A stretch of DNA of 62,890 nucleotides, the filler included, from Octopus bimaculoides (taxonomy: Eukaryota): assembly GCF_001194135.2 (NCBI RefSeq). It is 3 parts of 2 records of this genome, joined end to end, with 100 filler letters (N's around TTAATTAATTAA, not from the genome) between each part and the next. Parts side by side here need not be neighbours in the genome. Positions count along the whole stretch, not along the records: positions 1 to 19,070 come from NC_068986.1; positions 19,171 to 40,317 come from NC_068983.1; 1 more part is not named here. The stretch is one strand, 5' to 3'. How positions within the stretch are numbered: position 1 is the stretch's first letter; each line of letters begins with the position of its first letter. A program made the translations under genes and the position numbers. Positions 12,222 to 23,729 of the stretch are shown here, one piece after another. Below the pieces are notes generated by a model. It saw nothing but the letters and a program-made list of their open reading frames with translations, searched no databases and was not told the DNA's origin.

Positions 12222-12385
12222 CAAGGCAGAATCGTTTGCATACCGAGCAAAATGACTAGCGGCATTTCGTCCGTCTTTACGTTCTGAGGTCAAATACCGC
12301 CGAGGTTGACTTTGCTTTTCATTCTTTCAAGAGTCGATAAAATAAGTACCAGTCGAGCCCTGGGGGGGGGGGACCATCTAATTGA
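12222..12385 (+). mobile_element. SINE family C (tRNA-derived head)
   Basis: GGCAGAATCG...GTTCTGAGGTCAAATACCGCCGAGGTTGACTTTGC...GTCGATAAAATAAGTACCAG matches 52079-52290. Confidence 0.75.
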
Positions 12386-13923
12386 CTTAGCCCGAAACTG
12401 CTGTAGTAGCTAACGTGTGAGAGCAGCCCGGGGCAGCTCTTGACATAGCCGTCACCCTGTGGGCCCCCAAGCTTATACAAGCTTATACGGCTTATTTGGC
12501 AGTCCCAAAAGTGGATAAGTGCCATCTGGATGTTTGGCATAAACTCACTCACAGAACTTATCCAGTTTCTCACCTATGAGTGTGCTCTTCTTTCTGACTT
12601 TTTTGTCGTTACCATAATGACCTCTATCTTAGGTGTTGGCTGGTTTGATATCATGTCCTCTCTGACATTACCAACCCGTTCGTCTCGCTTTTAATCTTCC
12701 TTGTTGTGACCATCAACTCCTGTAATATTTTACGTTAACCACAACCGCCAGTCATTCCCGACAAATGTGTCGGCACTCAGCAGTTCCTTCTTTGGACTTG
12801 TCTCTTCCATTTACAACATCAATTTCACTGGTCTGAGAGAGCCTGCGAAAACCATCAGCACCGTCCCTGTCTCCAGACCATTCCACACTTCGTATTGAGA
12901 ACTTTTCTTCTTTTAAAGTTTGCATGTATCAACGTGTATTCATTCGTACACCCGCACTCACATACATGCACATTGATTTATGTATGTGTATGCGTGTGTG
13001 GTCACACACATACATTTGACCTCGTTTTTTATGCCAAGAAGTAACAGCATTATCTCCCACAACCGGACAACGCATACACCACTAGCATGTGACATCCCTT
13101 CATTTTTCCAATTATTTATTCAAATCTAAACATTAAATAGTTTCAAAAATATTTGCTTTTCTTTCGTCCCTTTTAGTTAATCTTATTTATTCATCCATTA
13201 TTGTTATTAATATTATTATTTGTAGCGCTTTTCATCTTTTTTGTTTTTTAATATTTCATCCTACCTTAATAAAAAGCCGGTGTGTACGTGAGATGACGAT
13301 GATGAGGGAGGATCAGAGTGTAGGAGGAGAACAAGAGCAAAGGATAAAACAAAATAATAGAAGAACACAATACAGTATACATATATTAAAGAAATACAAA
13401 AGCAGCAACTATTTAATCCTCTACAGACATCGGCCAACAAATACACACATAGATACACCAGCCATAATTATTTAATCTATCAGAAGCAGCGTACAGACAC
13501 ACATACATAGCACACTCACACATACATGCACTCACACTCACACATACATGCATTCACACTCACTAACACACATAAGCTCGCATAAAAACACAGACACACA
13601 CGCATACAGCACAGCACATATCAAACACACGTACGCATGCGCAACCATCACAGCAGACGATAAACCGTGTTGTTAAGAAGAAAAAAACTCAATTGTTCAG
13701 CTTTGTTAACAAATACTCAATTGTTCGACTTTTTACTGTTTTTGTGTGTCTCTCAGATAAGCAACGTACGATTGTACGTTATTTTCTCTTGTGCTTCTTT
13801 AATAAGCAATAATGCAAAATAATGTAAAAATAGTTGTTAATTAAACATGTACAGACATTCATTCACTCAACTGTCAATCTATTCATCACACAGTCAACCT
13901 ACTTTTCTCACTGTTTCTCTTGC

Positions 13924-13966
<43 letters not shown>

Positions 13967-15070
13967 CACTCAAGCCCAGCAAAAGTCACCAGTGGTGTCC
14001 CTCAGGGGACTGTCTTGAGCCCGCTCCTCTTTATAATTTACATAAATGACCTTTCCAGCGTCGTAAATCACTGCAAAGTGAAAATATTTGCTGATGACAC
14101 TAAGCTCCAGCACATCATCAATGTAGAAGAAGACCGAACCCAATTCCAGTCTGATCTATAAGCTGTGAGTCAATGGGCAGACAAAAAACAATATGAAACT
14201 GAACGAAGGAAAATTTGAGCTGATTCATTTTGGAAGAAAGTCTATACTAAAACAGCCATACTCTCTTCCTTCAGGGGAACCGCTCATGGCATCCAATAAT
14301 ATCAGAGATCTAGGTGTAATTGTTGACAGCAATCTCAACTGGAGTGCCCACATCAACAATAAGGTCAATATAGCTCGTAGGATGAGCTCCTGGATCTTAA
14401 GAATCTTCCGGTCCAGAGAACAAGATGTCATCATTCCACTTTTCTCCTCCTTTGTACGGCCACACCTCGAATACTGCTGCCCCTTGTGGTCTTTCCATAC
14501 AAAACAAAACATCTCGAGGATTAAATCAACCCAGAGGGCACTCACTAAATGAATTGAAGGCATGACTAATCTTGATTACTGGGACCGCCTTAAAGCCTTG
14601 AAACTCTACTCTCTCCAGCGCCGCCGCGAGCGTTACATCATCTGTACGATGTGGAGAATATACCGCCAGCATTGCTCAAACGATCTGAACATTAGTTTCA
14701 AGGTTCATCCAAGGCTGGGATCACGGGCCATACGTCCTCTGCCCAATTCAGGATCACAACATATAGGTACACTGCGGCATGATTTCTTTTCCTCAACAGG
14801 CCCTGCTCTGTTTAACATTGTCCCGAAACAGATAAAAGAGGAAAAGGATCCTATCAGCTTTAAACGGAGTCAAGACAGATTTCTTCAAGGAATACCAGAC
14901 AAGCCACCCATACCTGGATACAATTCACTCAATAAGAATTCACTACTTGAATGTACCATAAACAAAACTTGACTGTAAAAAGGATTTAGATAATCCTATC
15001 AGGTGGTGCTATTAAGTTAGACATGGCCTGGATCAATCTTTGGTCGAAACATATCTAAGTTTATCTACTT

Positions 15071-15117
<47 letters not shown>
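13967..15117 (+). mobile_element. CR1/L2-group LINE, 5'-truncated (RT C-terminal half and 3' UTR) with (TATC)n tail
   Basis: SGVPQGTVLSPLLFIIYINDL...KIFADDTKL, RDLGVIVDSNLNWSAHI, VRPHLEYCCPLW, LYSLQRRRERY; a few stops and frameshifts; stop at 14972. Confidence 0.9.
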
Positions 15118-15404
15118 ATAAAACAGAAAAGTAGAAACTTTTTGGCATTATTTTTTTTCTTCATTACACCTATTTCATTTGCTAATAAAAATTATAAAGT
15201 TTTGCCTGTTAGATAGACATATAAGGAACTTCCTATTAAAAATTCTTCCGACAGAGAAAAAAGATATAATACCCATAATATAATATAAAATAATCTAACA
15301 TAATAATATATAATATAATATAATGATATGTGTGTATACATACACACATACATACATACATACATACATACATACATACATACATGCATACATACATACA
15401 TACA

Positions 15405-15441
<37 letters not shown>

Positions 15442-15719
15442 GTGAGAAAGTATGGTCGGTGATTATACGTGGTTGAATATACAAGGAAAGAAATAAGTTG
15501 AAGAAATACAAGTTTGTTTTATGAGACTAAAGAGTATATCTAAATCGTCATAGCAAAAGTATTATACAATATTATGCAAAATAAGATTTTTTCCTCTAAT
15601 AAAATGACCGGTATCGCTGAAGCAATTCGAAATGAGAAATTTTGTTTGTTAGGCGGGGAAAATTGGTAACCAAAGTATTTTTCAGTAAAAGGGAGATAAA
15701 TCTGTAATTTTCAATATGA

Positions 15720-16250
15720 GTTTATTTTCAGCTCTAGCTTATATTTTTCGATAAATGGGGCCTCTTTATTTACTCGCACTTGTGTTGAGGACCAAATAGT
15801 ACATTGATATAATGAGAAGATTATGAATTGTTGTTGCAGTTGTTCTGCACATCTGTCAATGTGTTCACTAAGATGTATCTGGCGATATTGTGGGGGAAGA
15901 GATCTGTTGTCTGTGAACTGTACATCAACTTCTAAGGGACATTCCTGTGGAACTTATATAGTATTTATGACAGCCCGAGCATCTTATGATGACATAAATG
16001 AGGTTTTCGAAAGCGCAAGTGAAATTGAACTTAATTTTGAATTTTTGCCCGCAGTTAGATCGACCACTTTCTTTTTTACTCTTGCGACCGTTATTCTTGG
16101 GAATAATTTAGCATTTGTGAGGATTTTCTTTAATGCCTTTGATTTTTATCGCTTTTAATGATCTTATGTGTACGTAGAATTTCCTTCAGTTTGAGGTCCT
16201 CATAGAGTCATCTATGAATTGAATTGGTTAGTGTTCATAGTGTCCGAAAA
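15720..16250 (-). mobile_element. Penelope-like GIY-YIG 3' remnant of a second family
   Basis: Minus-strand pieces LKLKEILRTHKIIKS, KKILTNAKLF, PQYRQIHLSEHIDRCA...FIIFSLY, NKEAPFIEKYKLEL follow the PLE C-terminal pattern. Confidence 0.6.
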
Positions 16251-16355
16251 AATACCGGAGAACTGAAACTGAAAGAGCTTAGAAACGTACTCATTGACAA
16301 ATACTGCTCAATATAACAGGTTTCTTATTTATACACAAGTCCAGCAACTTCATTA

Positions 16356-16476
16356 GGGGGGGGGGTAGTGTAACCCACCTGCTCCAGTATTTGACTGGCA
16401 CTTTATTTTATCAACCTGGAAAGGATGAAGGTTAAAATTGACCCCAGCGGAAATTGAACTCAGAACCTAAAGAGCT
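16356..16476 (-). mobile_element. SINE family C fragment
   Basis: TTTATCAACCTGGAAAGGATGAAGG...ATTGAACTCAGAAC is complementary to the family C body. Confidence 0.65.
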
Positions 16477-17726
16477 AGGACAATAATTGCATGACATTCT
16501 TCTCCACCGACAACCAATTCATGCACATAAGAGGAGAAAAGTGTAGACACGGGTTACAGACGTATAGATATGGACAAAAACGTTATATAAAAGAGATGAT
16601 AGGAATAAACATATGCGTTATAAGGTTGTGTGAATTATCTGATATAAAATGTGATATATTTCAGTACTTCACATAGCTTTATTCCCTATCAAAACTGACT
16701 AGCACGATTTTCCAGCAAGAGAGTATACCACTTCCTGTAGAAATTTGATTTGGAATCTAGACAACTGAAAATGAAATACCAAAAGATTGTCACGTGAATT
16801 GAAACCGGCTCAAGGATGTTGATGCTGACAAGAGACCACTGATGAAATCTTTGGCAGGCGAATGCGGATTCAGTCTTTGCTTCCCTACTCAAATGGAGCG
16901 TACAGGCTAAGACGCGATACGTTTCTGACTCTGAGATAACTACTGAAGACATGGAAGAGTTTTCAGCATTAATTAACATTAGTTATCACTTGGAGAAAGA
17001 TTTGGTAGTCGACCCTGTCTTTAAGTAGCTCCGGTAGTTCTTGCGTGAGACAAAGTATCTCCGATGCTCATTTCATGTATTTATAATTTTATCCAATGCT
17101 GTATCGTCGTGAACAGTTAAAGAATGATATCAAGCAGACTCGTTTCAATCCTGGGTTGGAATTTCATGAGCGACCGAATACTCCTGTAGCAGATTCGAAA
17201 CCGAATTTTTCATGGGATTAGCCGAGTTATGGACCAATCAGCATCGAGGCAACACGTGAAACAACTGTTGAGATGCTGCCAGAACGTCTCTTTATAAGGT
17301 TTAGAAATAGGCATGGTTTTAGGGCCAACTTTGCATTGTCGAAGGCGACTGGGCGAAATGCATCTCCACTCTTGCCAGACACCTTGCTGAGGGACCGGCC
17401 GATTCTTTTCACACGCCTCACCTCTTACGTTAGTTTATCGGCGCCCACTGCTCATTTTGCTGCTCTTACAGTCGTTCTAATGACACTTTACTCCACCTCG
17501 TAGAAAACAGCTAATGCTTGCAATCATGAACCCAGCGTGATATATTTCCTCCTATCACGGTTAGCTTATTTGCAGAACCTTCTTAATTAACAATTTGTAA
17601 TTGCTACAGACTTGACCTTCCAATAAGTAAACTCTGTGGTCGAATTTTTAATTTGTGACCAACATGGAAAATATTTTGTTCGGTGAAATAAAATTTTGTT
17701 AATTGTTCACGAGTTAATTGTTCATA

Positions 17727-18143
17727 GGCGCAGGAGTGGCTGTGTGGTAAGTAGCTTGCTTACCAACCACATGGTTCCGGGTTCACTCCCACTGCGTGGC
17801 ACATTGGGCAAGTGTCTTCTACTATAGCCTCGGGCCGACCAAAGCCTTGTGAGTGGATTTGGTAGACGGAAACTGAAAGAAGCTCGTCGTATATGTATAT
17901 ATATATGTATGTGTGTGTATGTGTGTGTTTGTGTGTATGTGTTTGTCCCCCAACATCGCTTGACAACCGATGCTGGTGTGTTTACGTCCCCGTAACTTAG
18001 CGGTTCGGCAAAAGTGACCGATAGAATAAGTACTAGGCTTCCAAAGAATAAGTCCTGGGGTCGATTTGCTCGACTAAAGGCGGTGCTCCAGCATGGCCAC
18101 AGTCAAATGACTGAAACAAGTAAAAGAGTAAAAGAGTAAAGAG
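17727..18143 (+). mobile_element. SINE family A, full length
   Basis: tRNA-like head GGCGCAGGAGTGGCTGTGTGGTAAG...GGGTTCACTCCC, internal (TA)/(TG) tract, 3' tail (AAAAGAGT)n. Confidence 0.9.
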
Positions 18144-18511
18144 TGTTGTGCATTCATTATACGCAGCCTGAACCCAACTCAACTACCAGCATCTCGCATC
18201 TTTCATTCTTTGACCATCGTGACACTCATTTTGATTGTCTACGCAAAACTCTGCTTATAAACAACCCACTTTCAGTAAGGGCTGAAGTAAACCGAATGTA
18301 CCAATTTCTTTTAATGCAGAACGCCTTTTTAGCAGCTAGTTCGATTAGTAAGTTACATATGCATATGAATAAAGGGTCTGTCACGAACACTACTAAACTT
18401 GATGCACACACATATGCATATATACCGTCGATATGTTACATCTATGTATGTAAATACGTATACATGTAAGTGTGCATGAATATATTTCTATCTATCTATC
18501 AATCTACATAT

Positions 18512-18609
18512 AAGGCAGTGAGTTGTCAGAATCGTTTCCAGCCGGGCGAAATATTTAACGGCATGTCATACGTTTTTATGTTCTAAGTTCAAATTCTGCC
18601 AAGGTCTAC
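18512..18609 (+). mobile_element. SINE family C head fragment
   Basis: AAGGCAGTGAGTTGTCAGAATCG...AAGTTCAAATTCTGCC. Confidence 0.6.
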
Positions 18610-19070
18610 CCTCATAAATAAATTTTTATACAATAATGTTCTCAAACCGGTAAATTAGCTGCAGAAATTTATTAACTGCAGAATTATTTCCAGACTTAGC
18701 GCGCCAGATTGAAGACATTTGAAAGGATACACTGAATGTAATTTGTAGAACTCTACACGTGCTCCCTTTCGGTTGGACGTCCTGTGTCTAGTTTTGGAAA
18801 TTACATCGCAAATCGACAGACTACGCTGATGATCCTGTAGATATTTACTTATGTAAATTTTAACAGATGAAACCATGGTACGTAGGTTAATCGTTCTTTT
18901 TATTTAGTAGTTTTTCATTTGTCTTGCCCTTTTACAGTCTGTTGTGTCGCTAAATTTTTACTGAGAACATATATTTTTTTCGTGGTTAGATGATTCGGCA
19001 TCTATTTCTAGCATATAGGAGTCCACTTTTGCTGGTCATTCCTCTTATTTTTGTATATATATATATATAT

Positions 19071-19170
19071 NNNNNNNNNNNNNNNNNNNNNNNNNNNNNN
19101 NNNNNNNNNNNNNNTTAATTAATTAANNNNNNNNNNNNNNNNNNNNNNNNNNNNNNNNNNNNNNNNNNNN
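19071..19170. other. Artificial scaffold-join spacer
   Basis: 44 N + TTAATTAATTAA (19115-19126) + 44 N = 100 bp; the palindrome has stops in all six frames; same layout at 40318-40417. Confidence 0.92.
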
Positions 19171-20111
19171 TATATATATATATATATATTCATTTGCAAT
19201 AAACTTTCATTTAGCTTTTCAGTAACAATTGGTGATAGATAATATGAAAGCTTCAGATTGAGTATTGGCATAAAAGAAGCGATTGAGTTTCAATGTCACA
19301 CAAGTTGAAAGTAAATAAGTTCCCCGAAAGGAGTATCAATTAGCACCTTGGTAGAGGATAGACTAAGGAAAACATAAAAAGAAGAAATGCAAAATGGATA
19401 CATGTTGGACTCGTTGCTTATAGGTTGCAAGTTCCAATTACTGTAGTTTTCGTTATTCTCCAGATATTAAAGTTACGAGCCAATTTCGATCATTAATAGT
19501 GCATTTTCTCAAATGTAGGAAGGCCTAAATACCAGAACATCCCATCCAACTGTTTAAAAATATGAGTCTGTCATGCGCTGTAATGAAACCAGTATGTAGG
19601 TGGGCAGTGCCAAGACAACAATGACAGAAAAGAGTTACTTCCCTTCCTTCATGCGAAATTTGAAATTGTTCGTGTATATTATAGAAAGATATATATTTAT
19701 CACATTGTACAAACACTTAGAATTATAGAAAATGGATGGAGGATAAAAGTTTCTATAACAGCCAAGCATTTTTCCAACACCAAGAAATTAAAACTGAAAA
19801 CTTTTCTGGCTCTTAACTCTATGTAAAATAAAGATAATTATATAAATACATAATACTGGAATTATTAGTGAATATTTTTAGTCTGCTCTATATGCAAAAG
19901 CACAGATTCATACAAATTGTAAACGCTAAACGATATTGACATCATTATTAACAATAATTAGTAACCTCTAAATGTGTATTTAAAAATAATCAAAAGTTAG
20001 ATGCGAATAATTTCTTATAAGCGGAGCCGAAAAATACACGCCCCTTTTTTTACAATAACAGCAAATATAAAGATCAACTCAACATCTATGACGGTATTCA
20101 AGCAATCAGAC

Positions 20112-20146
<35 letters not shown>

Positions 20147-20424
20147 TATACACGTACACAGAGAAAAAATTATTGATAATAAAGATGTGAGAACGTCAAA
20201 ATGTTTTTAAGCATGCCATTTAAAAAATAAATAAATTAAGAAAAGTGCAGATAGACTATTCGCCACTACTGTTCGTAACAGGCTAAAACCACTGAAAAAT
20301 GCATTTTGTGTAATGCTAAACCAAGGTTCATTAAGCGTGAATATTTTCCTAAAAGTCCAGTAAACACAACCTCATTAGAAATTGCCGAAATGGAATAAGT
20401 CTTACGAAAGCCGGTAGAATTTAC

Positions 20425-20508
20425 ATTAACGGGTTAGCAGTCGAATGTGTGTCCAGACTTTTATAATTTATAGATTTTAATAACTGAACTATGCTACGAA
20501 ATTTATAT
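20425..20508 (-). CDS. Candidate second coding exon (YKFRSIVQLLKSINYKSLDTHSTANPL)
   Basis: Acceptor CTTTTGTTTTTCTACGTGTAG ends at 20509 (70-nt intron); frame continues from exon 1; donor GTAAAT at 20424; no homology support. Confidence 0.3.
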
Positions 20509-20578
20509 CTACACGTAGAAAAACAAAAGCCACATTTGCCGATAACTACATATATTAATAAACAATGTACGAACGTAC

Positions 20579-20607
20579 CTGGGTGTACTTGAAAACAACA
20601 ACGCCAT
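20579..20607 (-). CDS. Candidate first coding exon MALLFSSTP(R) of an unidentified gene
   Basis: Minus strand AAG-ATG-GCG-TTG-TTG-TTT-TCA-AGT-ACA-CCC-AG|GTACGT: YY1-type AAGATGGCG over the start codon plus a canonical donor. Confidence 0.5.
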
Positions 20608-20670
20608 CTTGGATTAAGTGTCATGTGACTGTTGAATCGAGGTCACGTGATTAATAAACTGACCACGTAT
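20600..20670 (-). promoter_or_regulatory. Candidate promoter of the minus-strand gene
   Basis: CGCCATCTT at 20602-20610, GTCATGTGAC at 20620-20629, GGTCACGTGA at 20641-20650. Confidence 0.55.
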
Positions 20671-21246
20671 TCTTCCAGTTTGTAATCAGAAACTGAAAGT
20701 AATTTTCATTAGTCGCTATTCCGCAATCTCCGTAAATCTTCGTACAAAGTAAATAGTTTTGCAGTAAATTTGGAAAAGCACAGCGTGTTTATGATGAATG
20801 TATAAAAATAATGGTTTCAAATTTTGGTTCAAGGCTAGCAAATTCGGAGAAGGGGCTAAGTCGATTNNNNNNNNNNNNNNNNNNNNNNNNNNNNNNNNNN
20901 NNNNNNNNNNNNNNNNNNNNNNNNNNNNNNNNNNNNNNNNNNNNNNNNNNNNNNNNNNNNNNNNNNNNNNNNNNNNNNNNNNNNNNNNNNNNNNNNNNNN
21001 NNNNNNNNNNNNNNNNNNNNNNNNNNNNNNNNNNNNNNNNNNNNNNNNNNNNNNNNNNNNNNNNNNNNNNNNNNNNNNNNNNNNNNNNNNNNNNNNNNNN
21101 NNNNNNNNNNNNNNNNNNNNNNNNNNNNNNNNNNNNNNNNNNNNNNNNNNNNNNNNNNNNNNNNNNNNNNNNNNNNNNNNNNNNNNNNNNNNNNNNNNNN
21201 NNNNNNNNNNNNNNNNNNNNNNNNNNNNNNNNNNNNNNNNNNNNNN

Positions 21247-21500
21247 TTGTGAGTGTTTATTGAGTGAAAACAGCTAAAGCTCTACGGGGCTCCGGTAGGG
21301 GATGGTGGCGAACCCTACTGTACTCTTTCGCCACAACTTTCTCTCACTCTTACTTCCTCTTTTTGTTGTGCCTGTAATTCAAACTGTGTCACGCTGAATA
21401 TCCTTGAGAATTACGTTAAGGGTACGCGTGTCTGTGGAGTGCTCAGCCACTTGCACGTTAATTTCACGTAAGCGACGGAGTGCCAACAACACAGTCTAAG
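21247..21500. mobile_element. Interspersed SINE-like repeat fragment
   Basis: GTGTTTATTGAGTGAAAACAGCTAAAGCTC...GGAGTGCTCAGCCACTTGCACGTTAATTTCACG recalled as an octopus repeat; no second copy in the window. Confidence 0.45.
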
Positions 21501-22230
21501 CTACTACAAGAGCTACGTTGGCGTTATTAAGGTTCAAGCCGAAAGTTTCTCAAACTGGACATGCAACCAATGCCACTTCAGCCGCAACATATTTAGTAGG
21601 ACAGAACTTTGCTCTCTGAAGTCCAGATCCCTGTTTAATAGTTTGCCGTCGCCCTCCAGGGCTTGTGAGAGCTCATCAATCGGATCCGTGAGGGAGTTCG
21701 GATTTGTTTCGCCCGTGTTCTCTCGAAACTGTTGAAGAACATCTGGTTATCCAACAACACCTCAGATTGGCAGAAACTGTTTCTATTACTTTTGGTCTCT
21801 CTCCACGTGACGAACGTGAATTATGGGTCCTGACATCTTCCCTTAAAAGGCAGTTTGAGCTGTTCGAATCCACCCCAACCACTGTTCATCTCAGGTCTGT
21901 GATCAGCAAAACCCCGAGCAATGGTCGACCACCTAACTTAAAGAAAGCCGTTAATGCCCAATTCAGTGATTTTGACATTAAAGGAGCTATTCGCCTCCTC
22001 TCCTTTCTATCATCCCACATCCTATGTACCACAGCCTCCCTCAATCAACTGAATGAGAAGCAAACTCCCCCCCCCCACCGATGACTACCTACACTTGCCC
22101 AGCCTACCAAGTTTTCTACAACTTGTTTTCAACATCCGACAGTGTCCTACTCAGCTTGGAGCGGGTATTAAGCTAAGTTGTGAGGCTGCTTCTCATGCCG
22201 CCAGGGCTTTCACGAACTGTTTTAACTACA
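21500..22230 (+). mobile_element. CRE-clade non-LTR retrotransposon fragment, internally deleted
   Basis: KKAVNAQFSDFDIKGAIRLLS...LNEKQTPPP and QLGAGIKLSCEAASHAARAF resemble the CRE motifs DGDIRGAVRLLS...KHP and QLGVG...GCEAAVHA.R. Confidence 0.7.
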
Positions 22231-23036
22231 ACAAAAGCGACTCACCACTCTGTAGTGCCTGTTTTAAATTCTGCGAAGATAAAAAAATAATCAAATAAAC
22301 CCCAAAGAAAAGCATATATACATACATGAACAGTACTATTTATCTATCTAGCGTGCTATCTTATTTCGTTTACACACACACAAATGCATGCATACTCATA
22401 CATTCAGTAAAGAGAAATATAAAGCAAAATAACTATCCAGAAATAGGTCGAATAATATCGAATTATTCAGAAAAAAAGCCACGTCCAAAAAATAAAAAGG
22501 AAAATATTTTTAAACAGTTGTATTTTCAAGGGAAATCATTCTTCAAAATATTTTTACAGTTATTAATATTTCTAANNNNNNNNNNNNNNNNNNNNNNNNN
22601 NNNNNNNNNNNNNNNNNNNNNNNNNNNNNNNNNNNNNNNNNNNNNNNNNNNNNNNNNNNNNNNNNNNNNNNNNNNNNNNNNNNNNNNNNNNNNNNNNNNN
22701 NNNNNNNNNNNNNNNNNNNNNNNNNNNNNNNNNNNNNNNNNNNNNNNNNNNNNNNNNNNNNNNNNNNNNNNNNNNNNNNNNNNNNNNNNNNNNNNNNNNN
22801 NNNNNNNNNNNNNNNNNNNNNNNNNNNNNNNNNNNNNNNNNNNNNNNNNNNNNNNNNNNNNNNNNNNNNNNNNNNNNNNNNNNNNNNNNNNNNNNNNNNN
22901 NNNNNNNNNNNNNNNNNNNNNNNNNNNNNNNNNNNNNNNNNNNNNNNNNNNNNNNNNNNNNNNNNNNNNNNNNNNNNNNNNNNNNNNNNNNNNNNNNNNN
23001 NNNNNNNNNNNNNNNNNNNNNNNNNNNNNNNNNNNN

Positions 23037-23301
23037 AAATAACCTTCGAACAGATAGTCAGCAGCGCCGCCTGGCTGGAGCTTGGCTGCTCTGCATTGAC
23101 AAGGGGCAACACCCTGAAACTAGTCTGCAGATGCCAAACCAGCAAGGGGAAACTGCTGACCTCCCCTGTTCGAAGGTTATAAAGGACACAGGTTTCGTGT
23201 GTCACATAGCTAGCTAGAGGCGATGGCTTCTTGGAGCTAATTCACGGCAGCTTTCGTCCTAATTTTGGGACTGCCATGTTGGCTTGGCGATAACTATTAA
23301 T
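23037..23301 (-). repeat. Unclassified interspersed repeat with a 142-bp hairpin
   Basis: Colinear with 50008-50267; perfect 15-bp inverted repeat ATAACCTTCGAACAG (23039-23053) / CTGTTCGAAGGTTAT (23166-23180). Confidence 0.8.
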
Positions 23302-23729
23302 TTTTACAGTTACTTCCCGTATATATTTTTTTTTTTTCGTGCTTTCCAAATGTAGCCTTTTTATAACTATAATTTGATTACCATTAAGTTCGTTGGAAGT
23401 TATGTCGTCCAGACCAGCAAAAATATGTGTCTGATTGATGTAGTCATAGATGTGCAGTTAAAGATCGTTTCCCAAAAATCTGATTCAGAATTTGATCCCA
23501 TTGCAGGTCACTTTGCTTTTGTGTTTCTGCCACAGTATTCGGTCAACCAGTACCTTCAAGTCCTTTGTTTCTTTATCCAGCTTTTGTTGACTCTTTATGA
23601 CTGGTAATTGATCAGTTATAGAATATGAGAAAGCTGATTTTCTCTGCGTGTATTATTGTATCATTTAGCTGCTTCTGTATTCTATTTGGGAGTTAATTGA
23701 AGTTTCTTTGAATGGTACTATAGCGGAAT

